Shown here one piece after another: positions 16,129 through 29,927 of a DNA stretch of 64,000 nt. How positions within the stretch are numbered: the first letter of the stretch is position 1; each line of letters opens with the position of its first letter. The notes under the pieces are model-generated. The model saw nothing but the letters and a program-made list of their open reading frames with translations, was not told the origin of the DNA and searched no databases. The position numbers and the translations under genes were made by a program. Source of the stretch: Dimorphilus gyrociliatus (taxonomy: Eukaryota > Animalia > Annelida); the NCBI GenBank assembly GCA_904063045.1, contig CAJFCJ010000006.1, positions 3,488,408-3,552,407 of the forward strand. The letters run 5' to 3'.

Positions 16129-19100
16129 TTAGTACTTTCCGTAAGTTTTTTTAGAACGTTCTCGTAAGTGATAACGAGTTGGCGTTGAACCTGCAGATGT
16201 TTCATTAGAGGCTATCTCTGGGGTTGATAGGCCGTTATTTTGTCTTTGTTTCTTTTTCAAAGGAGTTTGAGGTGATTTTTCTCGTTCTGGAATGGGAATT
16301 TCTTTTTCTATTGGTGTTTTAGAAGAGTTATTCAGCTTCCTCTTTCTGGGTGAGCCTTTATTGCTAGAAGCTTTATTACTATTTTTACCAGCTTCAATGA
16401 AAGATTCTTTAACAGATGTGGTAACTGGATCAGAATTATTAGATATTTCAGCATCATTAAAAGTTTCTTTATTCTTTGAATTTCCCCTTTTTTCGTTTAT
16501 TTCCGTAGTGTTAGCAGTCGACTTGGGACTTTTCCTGGATTTTTTTACCTGAGGTTTACGGAAATTAAATTATAAATTATAATAAAAATAAAATTTTTAT
16601 ATTAGTCCTTACAGATGTATTTTTCTCTTCTGTTGATTGTATCGATTTTTCAGGTGAATCTATGGCTTTCTTTATTTTATTTAATATTTCAATATTTGAT
16701 GTCTTCCTAATAACTTTTTCATCTTTTTTTAGTTGAGAGTCTTTGTATTTAATTTGAAAGACGCATGTTTCAAAGGCTTTCTCACTTCTTTTAACGCACT
16801 GAGCTGATTCGACTCGTTTCTTTTTTTCATTATCAGTTGTATGAAACGTTCATTAAAAACGGATAATAAACATATTTTCTACTTACTTCGACTCCATTCG
16901 ACATTTTTTTTGCAATATTAACAATATTTTCATTCTCTCCCAGTATATCTTCTTCATCATCGTCAGAACTGTCAACCATTTTTTCTTCAATCTTTTCCTC
17001 TTCAAGTTCTGTATCCGCCTCGGATGATTTGACACATTCCCAAAAATAATTGATGATTGTCCTCTTCTGTTCAAGGGTACTTATTCTTGTATAATGTCTC
17101 TCTGTAAAACGGATATTAGGGAAAATATTATTAAAAACGATTACAATAGCATTTTAAAGAAACATACCACTGTAAGATATGAAACTTTCTATGAAGGATT
17201 TAATATTTGAAAGAGAAAGTAAACGCTCTTTTGAAAAGGTTTTCAACATACAGTTTACCAATGTTTGCGCAACCATGCAGTGCTTGCTGTTTTTATTCCA
17301 ATCAGAGGCGAAGGATAGTAGAACATCTAAAGGGACAAATATTAAGAATTTCCAATGAAATATACCCATAAAGAATCACCTAAGTGGAAGTCTTCCAATT
17401 TCAGTAAAACACTGGCCAATCCTTCACAGTCTTTATCATTACTGATTATTCCAGATTTAATAATCACTTTGAAATAAGTCATATTTATTAAAACATATAA
17501 ATTTGTTAATTAGGTGTATACTTTTTAAAATGCTGAGAGACTTGAATGGTAGTTCGAGATTTATGGACATTCTTAAAGCTTTTAATAATTTTCCTTGATG
17601 TAAAAAGTTCTCTAATTTCTGTTGTCTACAGAAAACAATTGATGTCTCATATTATGCTGTTTGCTGCAATGATAATAAAAATGATAAATGTCAAGCTTAC
17701 TTTAAGTATAGTTGACTTCTTTTCTCTGCTTCAGCTATCAACTCTTCTTCAGTTACATCCTATAAAATGAAAACGAGAAGAAAATTAATGAGTGTATTTA
17801 AACAAATCTTTTAACTCACCTTCCATAGTAATAAAACAGAATCGGCAGCACCGGAAACAATTCGGTCACCAGCTTTATTTGTAGCCAAGGCCCAAATCTA
17901 GTAAAAAAGAAAAACTTAAACTATCTTATGCTAAGTTAAGATATCAGTTACTTTGTCGTCGTGTTCACTGTAGGTTTTGAGGCATTCTCGTGTCTTGATA
18001 CTCCACAATTTGATGTTTCCATCCGCAGCAGAACTGATTAAATCTTGACCGTTATTAACAAATGCTACGTGTAAAACTGATACCGAATGACCTTCAAATG
18101 TCTAAAACAAATTACTTTTTATTATGAAGTTATTGTACCTATATGTATATTAATTTACATTTAGGCAAGAAAAGTCTTTAGAGGACCATAGTTTCAAAGT
18201 TCCATCCACAGAAGCAGTTACTACAGTCTGGAAAAGAAAGAATGTGAGATTTTACTTGTAAATAAAAGAACATCAAACCGGTTCTGTTGGTGAAAATTGA
18301 GTACACCAAATACCCCTTTTGTGTCCTGTACAGGTTCCTTTTAACTGCAAATCTGGTAGAGACCACACCTGAAAGATTACACTTTTACTGAAATTTTTTG
18401 AAGAAAAATTAGAGTTTTAGATACCTTGGCAGTCTTATCCTTTGATGCAGTCACCACTAATTTGTCTTTTCTCGATATATCAATACTATTAATGTCTTTA
18501 TCGTGAGCTAATTCAGTGCTTAAGCAAATTAGTTTATTTTCTTCATTATCAACATCTTCCAATTTCCATAGCTTCAAAATTCTGTCACTACCTCCACTAA
18601 CAATATACTTATCAAGTCTGAAATTTTATATTACAATATCGAAGTTAATGGTATTTTCCAAGAATTAATACTTTACTTTGCGAAAGCTACAGCTCCAACA
18701 GCCTGGGAATGACCCGAACCGACTGCGACTTGACGTATTTTATTATCTTTGAATTGCCAAACTCTAACTGTTGTATCCTGATGTAATTAAAGAAATTAGA
18801 GTTTAAAAAAAAACTAAATGCCTATTACTTACTTTACTACCAGTTACGAATAATTCTTTAGAATGAACGTCTATACAAGTAACAATATCTTCATGCCCCG
18901 ATATAATTGTGCATGACCATGTAGTTATATCAAAAATTTTAATAAGATGACTATTAGTTGCTAACAAAATTTTTTCATCATCCAAGAATTTAACAGAAAT
19001 AATTTCATCGTTGTAACCAACAAGCTTCGAGCAGAAAGACAAAATTTGATTAATATTATATTTGATCATCTAAGAAAGAAGTAAAGGATCTAATTTCTCT

Positions 19101-20779
19101 TACCTGCCTCGACATGCGCATGGAGGCTAAATCATAGAATAAGATATTTTGATCATTTGATACAAAAGCTAATTGTTTTTTATCATAAGAAAGGAAACCA
19201 GATGTTATTAAAACGTCAGTGTCTTCATTTCTCTTTCTTGTCTGTTGATGATTATATAATATTTGTTCAAGGTCATAAAAAATATGACAGAATGCTAACT
19301 TACCTTTGGAACGATGCGATCGTGAGTATACACATTGCACGCTGATTTAGCATTCCAAATTTTTAATTGGCCTAAAAAGGGGACAGAATGCTCAAAGGGT
19401 CGTTTAATATAAGAAGCGTAATTTTACCTTTAGATCCACCAGTTAAGAAGTAATCATTATTATCTTTTACTCCATATTTTTCAGCTTGCATTTCAGGTGG
19501 AACAAGCATCAAAACTTCAACAGACTGTTAGGTAAAACAAACGATTGTTTATATATAAATTAATATACATTTGTTTTAAATATAGCTTACCTCAAATATT
19601 GCAATAACTTTCATTTTTTCATTATCTTCTAGATTCCAAATAATTACTACGTTATCTCTTCCACCACTAATAAGAAATTTAAAAATTTTTAACTGAAATA
19701 TGTTAAAATATTTCTACTGTGTAAAAAATAAAATAATACCTAAATAGTCTTTTCTCATCAGCAGAGAAACATAAAGTTGTCACGAAACTCGTGTGACTTT
19801 GTAGATCTGCTATACATTTTGACTTTACCAAATCCCATCTCTTTATCATTCCATCTTGGTAGCAAGTAAAAGTTTGTAATTTTTCCGAGTTCGGGTGATA
19901 CGTTATAGTTCTATTATAAATAATTAAAAATTCAATAAAATTAAAACGTTATTTGTATTTAACTAACGTAACAACTCCATTTTGAGCTTTCAAGTTATGT
20001 GTATAATATTGCTTGTCAATATCCCAAATTTTGCATGTTCCATCAGAGCTACCTGTCGCTAGTAAAGTTGAACTAACGTCAAATTCCATACATAGAATAG
20101 GCAAATTATGAACAGCCTGAAAAGTTTCTTGTTATAAATAATTCTAACAAACTTTTGACATTTATTGAAATATACCTTGAATTTTCTTATTAGTTCATTA
20201 TCTTTTAAATTATATTGTTTTATAAGTAAAGTTCGTTCAGCAGTTAATATATACTATATTAGGAGAACTTAAATTATAGTTTTTATATTAATAATTGAAG
20301 ACTTACCTTATTATCGGGAGTTACAACGAAACAGGTAATTTCTTCTCCATCAATCTGTGTAAAAATTGAAAATTACTTTTTTTTAGATCTTTTACATAAA
20401 ATTATAAAAGAAAGCAAAACTGAATAAATGCAATAGAAAACCTACTTCACCAAAAGAGTGTTTAATAATGCCTTTTTCCGAAACGCAGTGAACTTGGTTT
20501 CCACACAACGTGAATAGATTATCTTTTCCTTCCTAAATATTTTAATTAGAAAATCATAATAAATAACGTATAGCATTCTAAATACAAACTATTATCTTTC
20601 CACCAGTATAAAATGGATGAAACTTTGCGTCCACTGCATAGCTGAATAAAAAGATTCATAATAAAAAAAAATGCTAATATTTTAACGACACATAATATCG
20701 CTCGCTAACTTCTAAAGCTTGTATCATAGATTTTGAAACGAAAATAATCAAAGTCTAGTGAAACTTACTTCTTAGCCAT
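16129..20779 (-). CDS. TBL3: Transducin beta-like 3 / UTP13 (SSU processome), with a long C-terminal extension
   Basis: Starts MAKK|NYAVDAKFHPFYTGGK. Many WD40 exons (AHDKDINSIDIS, GHEDIVTCID), Utp13 domain (WNKNSKHCMVAQ...ERHYTRI), and last exon 16548-16129. Confidence 0.9.
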
Positions 20780-21684
20780 TTTTCTTATGAAATCTTCCTA
20801 TTTTGATAAAAAATAATTTCAGTTTAGTTTATATTCTTTAGAACTCACGTTATTAGAAACGTGCTGCACGACGAAATATACTTTTTAAAATTACCAGTTT
20901 TCATTCTAAAAATTATTCCAATTACTTACAAAATATAACTTTACAATTGTTATGGATTTGACATACTTATTAATAGTTAATATATATACACTTATATCTA
21001 CTAATGATAAAAAATAGATATACAAAATATGGGAATATAATATAAAAAACATAGAACTAGTTACTTAATAGTTAAATCAAATATTCGATAAAGCAAATAG
21101 AAAGGAAGAGAGAATAAATTTGTCTTTTTCTTTATCTTTCTTTAAAAAAAAGAAAAACTTAAGATAATTTTATAAATTAAAAAAAAGCTTAATAGAAATG
21201 ATATTGCTAATTTATTAATAAAACTAATTTTCATTAAATAGCTTACAAGTGAAATATTATAGGCGTTGCGTTATTGTTTCTTGTAGGATAAAATTCTGAT
21301 AGTTGTTACTATTATATTTTATTAGCTTGAAAGGGTTTTTGTTCTATTAATAGTAAATGTAATATTTAAAAAAAATAGAAATAGTTAAATTTACTCTATT
21401 AACCATATTTTATTGATAAAATATTCAACTACTTTGTTTGATTATATAATTCACAAAACAAATGTATATAAATAATGTATAAGTATAATTTAATAGTTGT
21501 ATATTTGAGAGTCGTCTTGAATAATTGCTTTTTTGTGTGTTTGGAAGGAAAAAAGATAAAATTATTTTGGCTCCCATCCAAATCTATTTTGTCTTTCTTT
21601 ACAGGTCGCTTAGTTCAATTCTGCAAAAACAATCCTAAGAAATCCGTTACCCTCGTTTAGCCAATTAGAAACTCGGTAACGTGT

Positions 21685-21903
21685 CACGTGAGACATCTGA
21701 GAAGGATCGCTGGATATGACATGCAAATGGGCCTAGAATTTGAAAAAAATAGAGGCGACACCTAGAAGGGAAGTTCCTCATTTCAGAACAAAAAAGATAC
21801 CAGTATACTCATAAAGATTACGTATTTTAACCCTTTACATTCTCTGATGGCTCGTCATAAAAGAAGCTCTACTTAACACAAGTCAAAAGAACACATGACG
21901 TAA
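21685..21903 (+). promoter_or_regulatory. Motif cluster (E-boxes, octamer, kappaB site, CRE-like) upstream of the Ig-domain gene
   Basis: CACGTG 21685, CATCTG 21694, ATGCAAAT 21721, GGGAAGTTCC 21768 (fits GGGRNNYYCC), TGACGTAA ~21896. Function is inferred only. Confidence 0.4.
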
Positions 21904-22674
21904 CTTCAAAATACTACTAGTTATCTCACGAAAGCTTGTCTGTATTAATCATTTGTCAACAAATCAGCAACAAAAGACTACTGTTTTTCATCCTTCCTCT
22001 TTATTCTATACTCAACTTATCAAAAAGACATTCTAAAACAGTAAGAATAATAAAAAAAGGAGGAAAACTGAAGAAAAATTTTTTTTAGGCCTCCATTATA
22101 GTCGAGCATTTATTACGTTCCCATTGTTGCGAACGTTTACTTCTTTAACAAAACATATATAGAGACATTTATCAAGATATTCAAGTAGAATTTTTTATTT
22201 GGATTAAAACTTTCGAAGAAAAGAGAAGTTTATCCTCTCCTCTCACTTTATATTCGATTTTTGTTATTCCTTTGACGAAGAACTGGAAGGAATTTAATCA
22301 AGAAAAAGAGAAACGGAATATTTAAAATAGACAAATACAAACCAATTGTCTTAAGGTTTTTTTCAGAAAGGTTCAAAGCTCAAAAGCCTGTAAGTAACTT
22401 GTCAATTTATGTTCTTATTGTTTATACAATAACCATCAGCCAATACTAAGTAACAGTGATAAAGAGAATGACAATTTTTTAGGTTAAAAAAAATGGAACG
22501 TTTCTCGTCCTTTGAACCCTTCGTTATTTAACGTTAACGAAATAAAAGCGTAAAAGACTCTTATCTAAAAAAAAATGCCCTAATTACATAATTATTTTAG
22601 ACTTTATTACAGTTTTACGCATAACTACTCTACATACTTTTTTATTACTATTCCAGATCTGAACGTAATGAAAA

Positions 22675-23677
22675 ATGTATCGAAAATGGATAAATATTGC
22701 TCTATTAGGTAATATCTTTCGAATGTTTATCGATTGATAGATATTTAATGTATTTATTCATGTATAGGTCTAGTAATCATTGCAACTTCTTCGTATTCAA
22801 AAGTCTTTGTGAAAAAAAAAGTGGAATTAGCAAGAGGTAGCTGCTTTAGGCTGGAGTGTTTCAAGGGGCGGAAAAACGGAAGCAGCGCCTATTTTATAGC
22901 TAATACAACAGGTAAAGGCCTAAAGAAACGTCATCTACTGATTGGTGGACGCCTTTGGGAAATGCACAATAAAAAGGATATAACTGTTGAAGAAATTCAC
23001 AATATGTTTATTTTCAACTTTTGTAATTTAACAGCTAATGATTCCGGTAATTATAATTTCACATTAGATCACAGTATTCTAGACTACTTTCATACATTGC
23101 TCTTCCTCGATTAATATGTTCTTCTTTGCATCGAATCAGCTGATAACTATATATTAGCATATACAGTATATCTTAGAAAAATAAAGAAAAAAAATGATAC
23201 CTATTATTGTACTAGATTATTAATTTCATGTCTTTTACTCTCTTCATTAGGAGAATACGTTTGCAAATTATTCGACTACGATCATGATCGTATAAGAAAA
23301 GTTGTGAATAAAACGAAAATTGAATTACGTGTAGTTAACATAAATCGAAAATATACTGGTAAGTTTGTTATTGAAAAGATTTAAAAAAAAAACATATGAT
23401 AAGGATTATCACGTGTATACTATATACTGTATAAATATTAAATCTATATATTGCATGTATATGTGTTATGATAATTTAACAGACATAGCTGTAATAAGGG
23501 AAACGAATGTAGGGAATTCAACAATTTCTTACTCATCAATCGGCAAAAGTATTACAATTGATTCAGAGAGAAATATATATAATATAAAAATAGGTTGTTC
23601 TATATATCATATAAAATATAATTTACTTTATCTAACTGTTTAATTAATTATTAATATAATTTGTCTTTGTTTGTTTC

Positions 23678-23732
<55 letters not shown>

Positions 23733-24238
23733 CTTATGAGACTTTACCTGCAACTTCAACCGCTCAGAATTCTATAGTTATAAACGGACTATCTATTGAG
23801 AAAATATGGTGGACTATAATAATATTGCTAATTAGTTTACTAATACTCCTGTCTGTTTTGCTGTTTTGCTTTTTAAAGCATACGAGAAGGTATGTAATTT
23901 AAGTTAAAGTGTTAGAATATTGACTCCATATCATTCTTGGCTAATCTATCTTTTAAAGGAAAAAGAAGAAAAATCTTTACATTGAAGGATGTAGATTTGA
24001 CTTTACATCGGATTTGCCTGATGTTGCCAAGTACGGCACGGTTGAAAAAGATAAAAGCAACTCGAGAAATTTGAATTACAGAAAGGCGTTAGATTGTCAA
24101 AATAATTTGTAAGTAAATAATAAAGTTTTTATACAACAGTTACTTTATTGAAATTCTTTTAGGAATGTTAAAGTTAATAGGAAAAATGAAGAAGTGGAAG
24201 AGAGTATTAAACTATGGTCTTCAACACAGAATCTTTAA
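22675..24238 (+). CDS. Orphan type I membrane protein with a single Ig-like domain
   Basis: Signal peptide MYRKWINIALLGLVIIATSSYS. Ig domain with RLEC and DSG|EYVC across the intron 23047-23250. TM exon 23733-23889 (IWWTIIILLISLLILLSVLLFCFL). Cytoplasmic exons end at TAA 24238. Splice phases are consistent. Confidence 0.7.
23679..23731. repeat. (CA)n(TA)n microsatellite abutting a 3' splice site
   Basis: Direct reading; ends at the AG acceptor 23731-23732. Confidence 0.95.
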
Positions 24239-26330
24239 TCTTGTTTATTGTCTGTAATTGAACTCCGTTGATATTCATGAAAATTTATGGTCAAGATATA
24301 TTTTTAATCTATTAGATGTTTATTTTAAATTCCTGTGTTCATATTTGTCTTTTTTCCTTCCTCTATACCTTTTATTAATACCTTTTTACATAAGAGATTT
24401 TACAGCTTGTAAAAAGAAATTTTCAAATATAACAAAGTTAAAAATAACTCGTAGATATACAGTATATATGGAAATACTTAGATTTGTATATAAAATATTT
24501 CAGATCAGTTAACAAATTCATTCTATAGCAAACTCTATACACATGTACTATGGTAAATGAATTCTTTTTCTTTCATTCATTCTCTTTTTACCTCTTCACA
24601 GTCGGTACAGAAATTCTCTTTAGCAAAGCTAGTGTACTTGTCACAGAAATATGTCAAACAATAATTGAATATTGAAAGGTGGATAAAATTGTCGAAAAAA
24701 GATATAACTCTCACACTTTAGTCAATGTGCCGTTGCATTATACTTAATATATAAATTACTTGAACTTAATGATACAATCTTAATTCCTCCATTTTAAACT
24801 CATATTTTATTCCTTTTTCCTTTTTTTTTATTATAATTTCTCAATTATTATTGTTTACATTCTATATTCAAAACAAAGTAAAAACTACAAAATCCTTTCT
24901 AAACAAATAGTCGAATTACAATTTAGGAATTAATAATATCTACATAAAAAGAAAACAAACAAACTATAATGTATTCATACTTTAACGCTTGTTTTCACAT
25001 TCCTTTATTTTCGTTTAAAAAGAGAAAGAAAAAAAAATTTATATGAATATTAATTATTATTATTAATTATCTCTGTTTAGCTGGAAAAAACCCTATATAT
25101 AATTGATATTCTCTCTCTGTCTCTGTCTCTCTGTTTTTTTATAGTCTTTTATTTTCCATACACAGCTATTTTCCCTTGAAAGGGAGAAAAAAATTATCCT
25201 TTTTTGTATTGGTATTTGTAGACTTGAGTTTCATTATTGAAAGTAAGTTTACCAAGGAGACAGAGAGAGAGAGAAGACCGAGGGGGGTATATATGGGAAA
25301 GAGAAACGATCAAATTTGATGAAAAGAAGAGCCGACTAAAGCGCAAAAAAAATTCAACAACAAATTAAATGAAGCATGAAAGTAGAGAATATCTTAGTAA
25401 AGCAGGCGTAACGATCACCTTTGCATACCATTGATGGTCACAGGGTGTGGCTTATTACAACTATAAGTTAGAGGCGGGGTCTGCAACCTCATTTTTATTT
25501 AACAATCGCCACTTTAACCTCAATTTGCATTTTAACGTCTTAATAGCAAATAAAATTTTATGTTTAGTTTAGATTGTTTAATTGATTAATACTTAAGAAA
25601 TGAGAATTTATAAAATATACTTTCATTCTTTTCCGTCAGTTAGACGATTGACTTTCTCAGCCTTATTAACACGCAAAATGACGACAATGCAGTATATGCT
25701 ATTTTTCCACTCTTCATTAAATTATCTAATGAAATCAGAGAAGGAAAACAGAGTGGAAGATAATGATGTACAGTTAATCAATTAAGTAAGGTCCTCTCTT
25801 CTCTCTCCTCCTGTCTAACGCAATGCCTTTCCAATTAGAACAACTTTCTCAAATAGAAAAGCAATACACATGCGATGAATAAACTATACAATATGTATAA
25901 AATTATAAATATATAGGCATTTGAAAGAATAATGGTTAATTAAGAACAAATTAAAGAAATTACTACTTATAGTTAATTATTCGCTTTTTACTTAATTTTT
26001 AAAATTACTTGTAATTAGTACTGACTAAGAAGAAAGCCTGTGGCTTTTATATATCTTTCTATCTTCTTATATAGTTTATTTCATTAGAAAAGATAATTTA
26101 TCTTTTTTCGAAGAATCTTAAAATTATAAAATGAATATACTGAAGAAAGTTTAGTAAATTGTCTCCTTAATATATCGTCTATGGTTTGTAGTTATATGGT
26201 ATATTATTAATTTTTTCCATTTATAAAATATTGTATAGGAAATGGAGAATGTTAAATTGAAATCACGTGCAAGAAGATATATTTAGCCGTGTTTTTTGTT
26301 AGGAAAACAGAATAAAGACTTCAATTTCAA

Positions 26331-28731
26331 TTATAATTTAGACTTGAAAATTAATTCGTATTCTCCATCGCAAACAGTAGATTTATAATCTCCTTTTTCG
26401 TGGGATGTTAGAACTGGAGTTAAATCTTGGCTACACCATTTCTTCGCTATAAGAACATCGTCTGCTCTTCCATAAGGATTCTTTGAGAAATCAATAAGCA
26501 AAGAAGCTGAAAGTGATAATGATCAATGTAAATGAAATTTTTAAGAAAACCTTTTGTTTGCAAACCTATATAAATCCTTGCCAAACTATAGGAAAGATCC
26601 CTTGCGGCAACTTCTAAACTATCTTGATTTCCACCTATGAAACGTATTATATTCCTTGCCGAATCTTTAACTCTAACTCTTTCTTCGTCTAATTGACTTG
26701 AAACTTCTCCATCGCATTTCCGGTCGATTTCGTTTGCAAATGCCGATAAGACAGCACCCTTACTCTTTACTATACAACGAAGTACATCTAACGAAAGAAT
26801 ATTTGTTGTTCCTTCCCAAATCGGAAGAACTTGAGAATCTCTCAATATCATAGGCAATCCAGTATCTTCAATGTATCCTTGTCCGCCGAAACACTCTAAA
26901 CCTTCCGACGCGATGGCAACAGCCTTTATATTTAAATATTATTAAAACATGCATAACTATTTGTCTACGTGAATTTGCCTTACTTGTTTAGCCGTGTATA
27001 ATTTTGCAATTGGAGTTAATAATCTTAAAAGTTGGTCCTCTTCCTCATTGGACACTTTACATTCCTGTCTGCCTAATAATTTAGCAACCTCAAAAGCTAA
27101 AAGTTCCGCTCCTCTTGCTTCAACCTAAACGAAAATAAAAAATTGTAACTTTTCAAAGGCTTTATTTGGATATCGTTATTTTTTGGCAATAGTAACCTCC
27201 ATTCTGGCGAGTACTTTCGTATGGAGAGGATAATCTTTAATCAATTTCCCGAAAGCCTCTCTCTTAAAACTGTAATCGTTCACAAGAGTCATCGTCCTGT
27301 AACGTAATTTGACAATATGATAAATTAATGTTGACTTGAAATATAAAGTAAAATTTTTTAGGAACACCTTCTCATTACTCCAGCCGCCGCTAGAGTATTA
27401 TGAATTCTTGTTAATGTTAACATATCTGATATACTAGGTATTCCTTGACCAATCGGTGAGACCTAAAAGCATTATCATCATCATTTTGACAAGTTGTTAG
27501 TTAAAATTCTCTATTTTAAAATAGCTACCAGTTTGGCAACTGTTCCATCTAATAGTAGTTCAGCAGTTGGTACTTGTCTTGTTCCCAATTTATCTTTAAG
27601 CTTTTGAACTTGAATATTATTAAGATTTCCTTCTTTATCACGAGTTTCTAGGTAAAACATTGATAAGCCTTTTGTTCCCTATTACGTAAGTATTTTATAA
27701 CGTTTAAAAATATTTATCGATATTTTTTAATTGTAACAAACTTTGATTGAGGTTCCATCGTTAGAAACTATTCTTGCCAAGGTTAATGACATATTGCTGT
27801 CTGTTGCCGAAGTAAACCATTTATATCCGTATAACTTGTATGAACCGTCGTCTTGTAGTACGGCTACAGTTTCTGTTCCATTTGCTAAGGATTAAGGTAC
27901 AATTGTACAATTTGTTTTGGAGCATTAATTCCTAATAATAATTATAATAGAATTAAACTAACCAACATCGGATCCTCCTTTTTTCTCCGTCATCCATTGA
28001 CCTGATGTCCAAAAATCCTTTGGATTTGTTGTGATCAAATGCTCATATGGAACTTTCATTGCACTATCAGGTCCTATAGTTAACAAACATTTAGCAGCAC
28101 CGTCAGTCATTGCCAATGGACATGAAAAGAGTCCAGAGGATGGAGAAAATAGATAAAGCTTGATCATTTGATATAATCTACTGTGTTCCTTATGTTTTTT
28201 TGTATAAGCGTGAGCAATGAGACCTTCTTCCGCCGCTATATCTTTCAACTTTTTCCAAGAGTCGCACGTCTTTATATCATCTACTCTTTTGCCCCATGCA
28301 TCAAACTATTGATTTATGAAATTGCATTAATAAGGGTCTTCTGCATAAATAATATTGCAAATTCCTTACATGTTTCAATTGTGGTTGTTCTTTTTCACAA
28401 TTCCATCCCAACTCGGCAATTTCATTAGCAACCCGATCACCAAATTGTCTGAGATCAGGTTCAATAGCTTGAGCAACCTTTTGGATTCAGAATAATCTTG
28501 ATTATTTTACAAATAATTGGAAGAAATATAACATACTTCAGGTCCCATTGTTTTTTTAATATAACGGCTTAAAATCGGATGAGATGTATACTGATTAGAG
28601 ATCTGAGGAGCTGCTTGTTGGAAGTCGCCTCTTTTCTCTCTTGCAAACGGTATTTGAACAGACATAGTACGATGATTTAATATCTGTGCTCGGCTAGTTT
28701 TCACCAGAGCTTGAATATTTTTACGATGCAT
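26331..28731 (-). CDS. AidB-like / ACAD11-like acyl-CoA dehydrogenase
   Basis: Motifs GQWMTEKKGGSDV, CPLAMTDGAA, KLGTRQVPTAEL and QVLPIWEGTTNILSLDVLR. The last exon ends ...IFKSKL*. Confidence 0.9.
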
Positions 28732-28974
28732 ATTGACTATGCTCTACTTTGTTACTTATATGATATTTGTACTATCAGCTGTTAGAACCTTCACCTTCGT
28801 TGTTTACCAGTTTTCATTCGTTTAAAGTGACTACTTTAAGAGTTTATTTTTTTTAAAGACTTGCTTTCCAAGAAGTTTCTATTAAAGATTCGAAATTAAA
28901 TACTTAAAATAGAAAACTTAAAAGCAGAACGTTCTATGAAAAACATCAAACAATTATAAAGTAACCTTATTCGC

Positions 28975-29005
<31 letters not shown>

Positions 29006-29927
29006 ACATTGATCTTTCATCAAAGAAAAAAGAACAAATAATGTCTCTTTATGTTCTAAATGCAATAATACAGATGTTAAGAATTGATAGTTTTCTTAAA
29101 CTGAAAGTAAATAATAGTAGTATTTCTTCTTCTGGTCTATAGATTGTTACATTGTAATATAATATACAGTATATATACATATATATATATATATATCTGT
29201 ATAGATATCTTTAATTTCCTACTAAATTATACTAAACTCTAAATGCGTAGTTGTAGCTATCAACTCCAATAAAGTAATAAAATAAATATCCATCATTTTG
29301 AGAGATTTTAAATCTATTATAACTAAGCTAGGCCTATATTATGTCCAGGCATTAAAGAATATATAACTTTTTCACTAGTTGATTACAGCGTTTTTGGCTA
29401 TCAATAGTTCATACTGTATATATCTTAATAAGCTTTTATTGTTTTGACAAGCAAACACTATCATTATCTTCTCTCCTTTGACTCTTTCTTATTGAAGGAT
29501 TCATACCGAAAAATTAACCTTTTATTGACTTTGCTATAACCTTTGTTTATCATTAAAGGACACCAAAGTTTAATTTGAACAATAAATCTTCCTTTATTTG
29601 TTTTATTATTTTAAAAACTTAACTAATTGATAGATAATGAAAGCCAATCTAAATAACTAATATACATCAATACTTGTGACATATTAGCCTTATCTATAAA
29701 TCTGATAAAAAGCAAATAGACGATTGTAAAAGGAAAAGTTCCTTCTACTCTATTTGGGACATTTAAACAATTATAAGAATATAAAGTTATTGATCTATTG
29801 AAATTAAACAAAATTCTAATTGTATTCTATTTTCAATGAAATAATTCATATTCTAGTTTAAATATGAAAAGTTGAAATATTATAGGTTTGCAAAAGAAAT
29901 ACGACAAGAATAAACATTTCTAACATC

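Noticed and set aside
16800-16885. Apparent non-canonical intron in TBL3 (no AG after the pyrimidine-rich stretch)
   Set aside because: Two downstream in-frame AG acceptors exist, so a non-canonical site is not needed.
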